From the IMG/VR virus record IMGVR_UViG_3300032397_000001: 64,000 nt of DNA; one strand, 5' to 3'. The translations under genes and the position numbers were made by a program. The stretch's first letter is position 1. Every line of letters begins with the position of its first letter. Below are positions 50,039 to 57,003 of this stretch, in pieces. The notes under the pieces were generated by a model. It made no database searches. It saw only the letters and a list, made by a program, of their open reading frames with translations, and was not told where the DNA came from. This DNA is from a virus.

Positions 50039-50188
50039 CTAAGCGACGTCATTCGTGATGTAATTAAGGCTTGGTCTCCTGAGATAGTTGCCCTCCTCGA
50101 CGTTGAACGTGCCGAGACCGCCAAGGAGGTTGCCGACCTCGAACTGAAGGTACAAAAGAATTACTACTATAGAAAAATTATCTCCCCC
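50039..50188 (+). pseudogene. start-less family-1 cassette
   Basis: CTA in place of ATG before AGCGAC; SDVIRD...ALLDVERAETAKEVADL. Confidence 0.65.
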
Positions 50189-50215
50189 GTGAATCTTTTT
50201 CTTGGAGATGTTAAA

Positions 50216-50713
50216 ATGGAAAATGAGGAGGGAACTTTTCAGTTAGATTGGGATACAATTACGAGTCCTTTGTCAGATGATTTCAGACCATTATTAGAGT
50301 TCCTTAAAAGATATCATAAGCAACTCTGTTTAAAGTTATTAGCCTCAGCAATAATTATAGATAAGCAAGAAATTCTTATTCAGTTAAGAAATTTGAATCA
50401 GCAGGTTGACAATCTCGAAGTGAATATTGGTCGTCTTGGGGAGTATATAGATACTATTAGGAATGATTTACTAACTGAGATGAGGAGAGAATCATGGCTG
50501 AAGAAGAACATTCGAAAGATCAAGAAAGTGTTATACCAAATCTTGCGAACGCCCTTGAGAATCCTGAAGCACCTAAGAAGCGAGAACGATACCAATCACA
50601 ATCAGGATTCATTGCAGTGTCACTCCATAGAGGATATACCGAAATCGGAATCCTGGACTCAAATCTCCAATCAGAAGTCGGAAAGAGCGCCTTCATCTGT
50701 GGAGGATACGTAA
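50216..50713 (+). CDS. hypothetical coiled-coil protein
   Basis: GGAG RBS; overlaps the next gene by 220 nt. Confidence 0.5.
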   Translation: MENEEGTFQLDWDTITSPLSDDFRPLLEFLKRYHKQLCLKLLASAIIIDKQEILIQLRNLNQQVDNLEVNIGRLGEYIDTIRNDLLTEMRRESWLKKNIRKIKKVLYQILRTPLRILKHLRSENDTNHNQDSLQCHSIEDIPKSESWTQISNQKSERAPSSVEDT

Positions 50714-51303
50714 GATACTGTGCAAGCCCTCGACGTGTACCTGAACCCGCATCAGATGTAGATGTGTACTGTAAGGATGAAGAGACGTTTCTACATCTGA
50801 AGGAATTCTTCAAGAGAATTGATTTGAGTGTACGTCATGAGAATGACATCTCTCTCACGTATACGTTGCCCAAAGAGAGTACTCATCCATACTTCTATGC
50901 ACCTGCTGTTCAGTTGATTAAACCTATACGTGAAGGACGTGTTGTAGCGAATGGTTCAATGGTAGAGATTCTCGAGAATTTCGATTTCACTGTCATTCGT
51001 TGTGGTTTAATAGATGAGAATACAGCTATGGTTGATGCGGACTTTCTCCATGATGAGGAACATAAAGAATTACGTTTGAAAACTATCCATTGTCCCATCA
51101 GTAGTACACTTCGTTGTATGAAGTACGCAAGGAAGGGATATTGGTTAAGACCGTTTGAATGTTTGAGACTCTTTCTGGATTGGGAATCACGGTCTGAAGA
51201 TTATCGTAACAAGTTACGCAACTTTCTTGAGAAGTCGGCAATTAATGGTGAATTCACAAAAGAAGAGGTAAATGAGCTCGAGGCTTTAATGAGAATAGAT
51301 TAG
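50494..51303 (+). CDS. nucleotidyltransferase (CCA/poly(A) polymerase head-like)
   Basis: FICGGYVR, SDVDVY, ILENFDFTV. Confidence 0.8.
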   Translation: MAEEEHSKDQESVIPNLANALENPEAPKKRERYQSQSGFIAVSLHRGYTEIGILDSNLQSEVGKSAFICGGYVRYCASPRRVPEPASDVDVYCKDEETFLHLKEFFKRIDLSVRHENDISLTYTLPKESTHPYFYAPAVQLIKPIREGRVVANGSMVEILENFDFTVIRCGLIDENTAMVDADFLHDEEHKELRLKTIHCPISSTLRCMKYARKGYWLRPFECLRLFLDWESRSEDYRNKLRNFLEKSAINGEFTKEEVNELEALMRID

Positions 51304-51315
51304 GAGGGGAAAGAG

Positions 51316-51501
51316 ATGAATCAGATTAAAATGTTAACGGCTAAGGAAGTTGCTCGTATTATAGATTGTTCTCCAGATGATGCTTCTGATTGGGCACGTA
51401 AAGGAAAGATCAAGGCTTTCAAGCATGGCCGATTTTGGTGTTTTCGTTTGAGTGATGTTCAAGCGTTCAAGAAATCATTGGAAGGAGCTCATCATGTCTA
51501 A
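51316..51501 (+). CDS. excisionase-like HTH_17 protein, paralog of 38820
   Basis: LTAKEVARIIDCSPDDASDWARKGKIKAFKHGRFWCF. Confidence 0.8.
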   Translation: MNQIKMLTAKEVARIIDCSPDDASDWARKGKIKAFKHGRFWCFRLSDVQAFKKSLEGAHHV

Positions 51502-51727
51502 GAGGATTGAAACGTTATTGAAAACAGTAGGGACCAATTGCAGTAATTTGATTGAGTCAATAGAAGCCTTGCAAAAAGAAGTTGTTGATGAAATGAATCA
51601 ATTCAGCCTTGTGAATACGAGCCTCAGCACTGAATGTGGAAAGCTGAAGACAGAGAATGATGAGCTTCGATTGAGGTTATCTAAAATACAAGAAGTAATG
51701 AAGTCTTCAGAGCCCAAGATTTCATGA
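51494..51727 (+). CDS. coiled-coil protein
   Basis: AAGGAG RBS, heptads. Confidence 0.6.
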   Translation: MSKRIETLLKTVGTNCSNLIESIEALQKEVVDEMNQFSLVNTSLSTECGKLKTENDELRLRLSKIQEVMKSSEPKIS

Positions 51728-51757
51728 AGGGGTTATAATTCAGGTTAGAAGTGCCCC

Positions 51758-51786
51758 TTGAAAAAAATTTGGAGTTCAGTTAAACT
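51758..51786 (+). promoter_or_regulatory. sigma70-type promoter
   Basis: TTGAAA-17-TAAACT. Confidence 0.5.
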
Positions 51787-51825
51787 ATTATAATTGGAGT
51801 GGTTTTCTGTCTAAGGGTATTTGAG

Positions 51826-52329
51826 ATGTCATTTGTAATTACGGCAACAGATAGAGACTATTGGCGTTTGAGTTCTCAAGGCTTTCCTGCTGTAAGATTC
51901 GCTGATATAATCCGAAATATCGTCACAAGGAAAGGGATTCCATCTGGTGCCTTCTACACCATGTTAGGCAATTTCGAGTTAGCTGCATCGAAAATACTTC
52001 CTTTATCATTAGAAGGAACAGACTTTCGGAGATCTCCTCATCTCTTATCTCCTGAAGATTTGATATACTTGAAACTCGAGTCAGAGGATCCTTACGTTAT
52101 AACAACCACTGAAACTAGAGTTTGTAAGTTGCGTTGGTATGGAATACTGTCAGACCCAGTGTTTGTTTTATTGGACTGTGCGCTTCGGCGTCATGGATTT
52201 CCGGCTCATGAAGTAATAATCTGGGAGGGTGATTTAATCGAGGAGATTAAGAGATGTCTTATTGGTTATGAATTTGTACCCTTTGATAGTTTTATGAAAT
52301 GGGTGAAAGATGTGAAGAAGGTAGCTTAG
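51826..52329 (+). CDS. hypothetical protein
   Basis: ORF followed by a hairpin at about 52360-52392. Confidence 0.6.
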   Translation: MSFVITATDRDYWRLSSQGFPAVRFADIIRNIVTRKGIPSGAFYTMLGNFELAASKILPLSLEGTDFRRSPHLLSPEDLIYLKLESEDPYVITTTETRVCKLRWYGILSDPVFVLLDCALRRHGFPAHEVIIWEGDLIEEIKRCLIGYEFVPFDSFMKWVKDVKKVA

Positions 52330-52437
52330 TTCATATTTTGTTATAAAGTTGGGCAAGCTGGGATAAAAAATCTCTTCAATAGTTTTTATCCCTTCACTGC
52401 TTTCTGCCCAGTACCTCTTAAATTCTTTAAAAGACAC

Positions 52438-52466
52438 TTGAAAAGCCAAAAGAAGTGTTATATAAT
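52438..52466 (+). promoter_or_regulatory. sigma70-type promoter
   Basis: TTGAAA-17-TATAAT. Confidence 0.75.
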
Positions 52467-52512
52467 AAAATAAAAAGACTACTAATTTATTTTGGGTCCG
52501 GGAGTGAAGGCG

Positions 52513-52830
52513 ATGCCCAGAAAGCAGTCTCGGAAGTCTATGAAGTCTATACTGAGAAGTGAAATAGAGAAGAAATTAAAGAATTGTAGTGAGATTCGGC
52601 GATGTTCGTTGAGACGATGTCTTCTAGGTGATCCTAAAATTGTAAGAGAATTGTTACAGCGTATTACGAAAGATGGAACGAAAGCGATACCTATCAATAC
52701 CATCTTACGTAGAATCGATCGTGTATTTTCTGATGCATTAGATTCTATTCCGTATATCGAGTTGAGACATGATAGACACAAAAATATAACGTGGATTGTG
52801 AAAGTGGATGATGAGGATGAAGATCAATGA
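52513..52830 (+). CDS. basic putative DNA-binding protein, distant paralog of 13237
   Basis: LRSEIEKKL...IRRCSLRRCLL. Confidence 0.6.
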   Translation: MPRKQSRKSMKSILRSEIEKKLKNCSEIRRCSLRRCLLGDPKIVRELLQRITKDGTKAIPINTILRRIDRVFSDALDSIPYIELRHDRHKNITWIVKVDDEDEDQ

Positions 52831-53048
52831 CAAACATTGTAGAGGGAGTATCTCCTGCTTTGGCACTGGAGATCAGTAGCAATTTGAATTCCGCAGTTCT
52901 TTTGCTACGAGCTATAGGTATACATGATATAGCATCAGAGGTGAATGAGTTGGTTATAAAGATTAATAAAAGGATCAAGATTGATATGAGTAAGATAGGT
53001 GAGGTTGCAGGAGGGGTTAAGAGTGGTCGATCTGGTAGTAAAAAGTAG
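52827..53048 (+). CDS. hypothetical protein
   Basis: ATGA coupling. Confidence 0.55.
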   Translation: MTNIVEGVSPALALEISSNLNSAVLLLRAIGIHDIASEVNELVIKINKRIKIDMSKIGEVAGGVKSGRSGSKK

Positions 53049-53469
53049 TTTGGAGGTATTAAGAGACTTTAACATTAAACATAAACCCATAGAGTTTATT
53101 TATTCTGGTTCTGATTTTGCTTATGAGTGTCCTGACAAGATTCAATTAAATGTTTCACGTATTCATCAAGTACCAAATCGAACTGTTGAATGGATTTCGC
53201 GTTTCGTTTTCGGTATCATAATTCATGAAGTTGTCTCTCATATTAAAACTACTTTTCCTCCGGCATTTCGAGTTCGTCAGGCGTTAGTAAAGTTTTATTC
53301 AAAAGATGAATGGGAAGCGGAAAATTTACCATTACATTTTCAGATCGCATTATGGGGTGATGAAGAATGTCGTTCGCGACTTAGACAATATGGTTATGGA
53401 GAAAAATTAGAGAAGTTTGAGTCTTTAAGGAGAATTGTGTGTGATCGCATACGATGGAGGTTAAGTTGA
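52999..53469 (+). CDS. hypothetical protein with an HExxxH motif
   Basis: GIIIHEVVSH; start uncertain. Confidence 0.5.
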   Translation: MRLQEGLRVVDLVVKSSLEVLRDFNIKHKPIEFIYSGSDFAYECPDKIQLNVSRIHQVPNRTVEWISRFVFGIIIHEVVSHIKTTFPPAFRVRQALVKFYSKDEWEAENLPLHFQIALWGDEECRSRLRQYGYGEKLEKFESLRRIVCDRIRWRLS

Positions 53470-54347
53470 AAGGTGTAAGACGTTTCGTTGTACATCATAT
53501 TCGTGATGTACAGGAAGCCGCGAAAACTATTGAATTCTTCCGAAAAGATGAATTCCGAGTGATCGGAGTCGAGATACCTCGATCACTAGCAACACAATTG
53601 AAACTTGATGATAATATCATTCATGATATATATCCCGCTTGTATCAACGCTGTTTCTGTTAAGCTAACCTTCAAAAATCTCATCCTCATTTTAAAGCCAG
53701 ATCTAGATTCATTAGCAGCGGTCGCAGTCATAAAGAAGATTGCTTATCGCGAACCCTTCACAGAAGATACTTTAAAGAAAGTTGATTTGATTGCTCGCCA
53801 CGATGCAGGCAATTCAGTTTTAACTGTTGAAGAGCATATTCTAGTTGGTCGCTTGATAACTGCTGTTCAACAAACAAAATTCTTCGAGAAGTGGAAAACA
53901 GTTTACGAATGGCTTGCAGGAAAGCTTGCGCTGGAAGGTTATGATAGTTCAACTAAGTCGTCGAGACAACTTATTTTGGAAAGGCATAATAATATTCTTG
54001 TGGTTGTAAGTTTTGGTTTAGGAGCGTTTTCACGTAAGTTTCTTAGAATGTATCCTTGTGTGATTGCACTTAACCCAAATGCGATACTCATGGGAAACAA
54101 TAAGGGTCGTCGATACTGTATAGGATCTCAATATCAACTAGATGACCTTTGCATGAAGATAAACGAGATTGAAGAGGGGTGGGGTGGTCACGCTAATATA
54201 ATTTGTAGTCCACCAATACGACCATCAAAGTTAGAGTTGAATGAGGTTATCAATTGCGTACAGCGATCAGGATTAGTGGATGAAGCAGTAGTAAAAGAGG
54301 ATTCAATTCCTGTAGAGGAGGATACTTGTGAAGCTGATATTAGCTGA
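53454..54347 (+). CDS. DHH-like phosphoesterase-fold protein (tentative)
   Basis: PDLDSLAA, IARHD, EEGWGG...SP. Confidence 0.4.
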   Translation: MEVKLKGVRRFVVHHIRDVQEAAKTIEFFRKDEFRVIGVEIPRSLATQLKLDDNIIHDIYPACINAVSVKLTFKNLILILKPDLDSLAAVAVIKKIAYREPFTEDTLKKVDLIARHDAGNSVLTVEEHILVGRLITAVQQTKFFEKWKTVYEWLAGKLALEGYDSSTKSSRQLILERHNNILVVVSFGLGAFSRKFLRMYPCVIALNPNAILMGNNKGRRYCIGSQYQLDDLCMKINEIEEGWGGHANIICSPPIRPSKLELNEVINCVQRSGLVDEAVVKEDSIPVEEDTCEADIS

Positions 54348-55029
54348 GACGCCTTATTCAACTTTTCAAGGCGAACAACCTCTATTAGGCCTTCCCATTC
54401 GCATCGTCAGATTTTCTGGATGTAATTTAGCTGGGAAGTGTCCTTTGGATTGTGATACGAAGTATTCGTGGAAGAATAAAGTTGAGGTTTCATTAGACAA
54501 AGTCATAGATCCAGGAAGTTGGCGGGGCTTAATGATCACAGGTGGTGAACCTTTTCTACATAAGGAAGAAATGTTTACGTTAGTTAGGCTGTGGAGTGAT
54601 GAGATTCATTCCCCTATCATTATCGAGACGAATGGAACTCTATTAGAATATATTGATTTGTTTAATTTGGATCGCATTATGAGTCTTCGTTATCTCCACC
54701 AAAATCTCCACCAAAAGATAAACAAGATAAACCTTTCCATTTCACCTAAGACTTTAGAATCATTCCGATTTCTGGAGTATGAGGGCTTCTCATCTATTCA
54801 GACTACATTGAAGGTTGTAGTGGGTTCGAGTTTTCCTCCTCCAGATTGGTATAATTTTATAATGAGAGCTTATCGCAAGCATTTAGCCTCTATTTCATTC
54901 ATGCCTATGGGAGTAACTCCAGAAGAAATTAGAAGTAACTTATCTCATATAGAATTCCTTGCAAGCAAATTGAATATTGATGAATATCTTCTGTCTCCTC
55001 GAATGCATATCTTCTTGAGGATACCGTAA
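54328..55029 (+). CDS. queE: 7-carboxy-7-deazaguanine synthase-like radical SAM protein
   Basis: STFQGE, VRFSGCNL...CDTKYSW, ITGGEPF, IETNGT, ISPK, SPRMH. Confidence 0.8.
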   Translation: MKLILAETPYSTFQGEQPLLGLPIRIVRFSGCNLAGKCPLDCDTKYSWKNKVEVSLDKVIDPGSWRGLMITGGEPFLHKEEMFTLVRLWSDEIHSPIIIETNGTLLEYIDLFNLDRIMSLRYLHQNLHQKINKINLSISPKTLESFRFLEYEGFSSIQTTLKVVVGSSFPPPDWYNFIMRAYRKHLASISFMPMGVTPEEIRSNLSHIEFLASKLNIDEYLLSPRMHIFLRIP

Positions 55030-55184
55030 TGCGCCACGGAATGTGTATTGATAAAGCGATTGATGTTTACTGCCATGTTTTACCCAAAGATAAAAAGAGG
55101 GCGAGGGTGACTTGTCCGAAATGTGGGAGGCGTAGTCCGCCAGGTTCTCCTCCCCCACCATCACGCCCCCTATATCCACTTTAA
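55029..55184 (+). CDS. 51-aa Zn-knuckle/Pro-rich peptide
   Basis: TAATG coupling; VTCPKCGRR. Confidence 0.4.
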   Translation: MRHGMCIDKAIDVYCHVLPKDKKRARVTCPKCGRRSPPGSPPPPSRPLYPL

Positions 55185-55194
55185 GGAGAGAATC

Positions 55195-55533
55195 ATGCGT
55201 AATCGATCTGTTATCGAAAAACAAGATCGAGTTAAGTCTTGACCGCGACCAACTCAAGAGTTATCTACAAAGGAGAATGTTGTGTCAGTCGTTCCGTATC
55301 GTCTCTCAATTTCTTTTAATGTTATGGTATCCGAAGAGGTTGCATCTCTTCTAGAAGGATAGGGTATAAATGCTGATCATGCAATAGATGAATTGAGGGG
55401 GGAAGCATTCATTCAATTACTAAGAAGCCCTGATCACGCAATCAGCATTTCTTTTCCAGAAGACAAATGGAATGATAGACGCTTGTTCATTATGCGTACG
55501 CCATATGAGCCAAGAGTTAAATTAGTAGAATAG
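55195..55533 (+). pseudogene. 112-codon frame interrupted by TGA 55240 and TAG 55360
   Basis: AAGGAG RBSs before ATG 55195 and the in-frame GTG 55282; ends 1 nt before the next ATG. Confidence 0.45.
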
Positions 55534-55534
55534 G

Positions 55535-56377
55535 ATGGAGCCCATGATCATTCTTGTCGATGTTCGCTACATACTTTATCGCAGTCATTTTACTACGGGT
55601 GCTTTGTCTTTTGGTGATGTACCAACAGGGTCGATATTCGGTTTACTTCAAACGTTGAAAACATTCCATGAAGCTTATCAAGACTGCAGGTTTCTTCTAT
55701 GTCATGATGGAGGGATTCCTCAGTTTCGATATGAAGCATGCCCGGAATATAAAGGAAATAGAGACTCAGTTGGTAATGATGTGCGAGATACAATTGATAT
55801 GCAGGAGAGAATAATTCAGAGTAATGCTCCCCTATCTCAATGGGTTATAGCTGGATATGAAGCAGATGATTTGATTGCTTCATTTTGTACGAATTGGAAA
55901 GGAGAGGGTCAGATTGGCATAATCACCAATGATCGTGACTTGTATAGTCTTTTGACTGATAAAGTATTCATTAGGAAGTCCATCTCTGACTCTGAATTTA
56001 CGGTTACATCATTGATTGATGAATATGGTGTACAGCCAGATATTTGGCCTTTGGTGAAAGCATTAGCAGGTGATAAATCTGATAATATTACTGGCCTTAG
56101 GGGTTACAAGGAGAAGCGTGCGAGTAAAGCTATTCGAGAAGGTTCAATAGATTTTAAAGATCCACAGATTCGTGATCTTGTTCAGCGTAATCTTCAAGTA
56201 GTACAATTAGTCAAAACACTTGAAGGATGGCCGGAGCCCCAAGCGATTGATACCCTATCGTGGAATTCATTCTGTAGCGCTTTCGGGATAGTCAAGGTTC
56301 AGTTTGGTGAAAGTATCTTTGATGTTCAAGATAGAATAAAAACTTTACCTCCAGGCTCGTATGATTTCCCAGAATAG
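55535..56377 (+). CDS. 5'-3' exonuclease / flap endonuclease (T4 RNase H, Pol I N-domain family)
   Basis: LVDVRY, PEYKGNR, GYEADDLIA, NDRDL, LAGDKSDNITG. Confidence 0.9.
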   Translation: MEPMIILVDVRYILYRSHFTTGALSFGDVPTGSIFGLLQTLKTFHEAYQDCRFLLCHDGGIPQFRYEACPEYKGNRDSVGNDVRDTIDMQERIIQSNAPLSQWVIAGYEADDLIASFCTNWKGEGQIGIITNDRDLYSLLTDKVFIRKSISDSEFTVTSLIDEYGVQPDIWPLVKALAGDKSDNITGLRGYKEKRASKAIREGSIDFKDPQIRDLVQRNLQVVQLVKTLEGWPEPQAIDTLSWNSFCSAFGIVKVQFGESIFDVQDRIKTLPPGSYDFPE

Positions 56378-56388
56378 GAAAGTTATGT

Positions 56389-57003
56389 ATGAGAGTCGGT
56401 ATATCGGGAGCGCATAGCACAGGTAAAACGACAGTGGCTCGGTCTCTTATTAAAGAGTTTGGCTTCATCGACTATACAGACTTCGTTAAACGATTCTTCA
56501 TACCTAGATATGGAATGCCTGATAAGTCCTTGCTAAGTAGTTGGCGAGCACTAGATGAGTGGTACAACGTTGTAGTAATACATGAAGATAATCTTGTTAT
56601 AGATAGAACTCCTATAGATCATATAATATATGCCCGTGTTTTCGGATGTAGCATGCAAATTTTTGAAGAGCAAGCTTTGCATGCTCTTCAACTGTTAGAT
56701 GTACTTGTTGTATTAAGTCCAGTTGTGTACGTTAAGGATGAAGGTCATCGAGTCTTTGATGAAGAGACTCAAGAGAAATACCAAGCGCATCTTATAGAAC
56801 TTTTCAAAGAAAAACTTGATCCTCGTTTAACATGGCCTCTTGTTGATCAATTTGGTCAATACGGTGACATCAATAAAGTACAGGTGTATTTATTTTCACC
56901 ACAAGATTTAGGTATAATAACAAATCTTTTGACAAAGTTCATCCGTCTGAGAAAGGGGCAAGATGAAGAAGCAACAACAACTGGAAGGGTGGGACGACCT
57001 TGA
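56389..57003 (+). CDS. P-loop nucleotide kinase (AAA_28/dNMP kinase-like)
   Basis: GAHSTGKTT, DRTPID. Confidence 0.75.
   Translation: MRVGISGAHSTGKTTVARSLIKEFGFIDYTDFVKRFFIPRYGMPDKSLLSSWRALDEWYNVVVIHEDNLVIDRTPIDHIIYARVFGCSMQIFEEQALHALQLLDVLVVLSPVVYVKDEGHRVFDEETQEKYQAHLIELFKEKLDPRLTWPLVDQFGQYGDINKVQVYLFSPQDLGIITNLLTKFIRLRKGQDEEATTTGRVGRP

Larger units (their letters stand above)
39350..50150 (+). repeat. dispersed-repeat gene cassette array
   Basis: junction GAGAAGGAGGAGAAG(C/A)CATGA, exact or near-exact before ATGs at 39367, 39702, 40001, 40180, 40281, 41336, 46450, 46734, 47621, 48375, 48572, 48832; shared internal boxes. Confidence 0.9.

Noticed and set aside
39350-50150. Classical integron or shufflon
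   Set aside because: No attC-like palindromes, no inverted segments and no tyrosine or serine recombinase in the window; all repeats are direct and mostly coding
50494-50713. Functional 220-nt dual-coding overlap
   Set aside because: Most simply a lost stop codon in the upstream gene; the nucleotidyltransferase has its own RBS and the overlapping tail has no motif
55095-55172. GC-rich structured RNA or tRNA
   Set aside because: No cloverleaf or T-loop; explained by the 55029-55184 ORF with CPKCG and Pro codons
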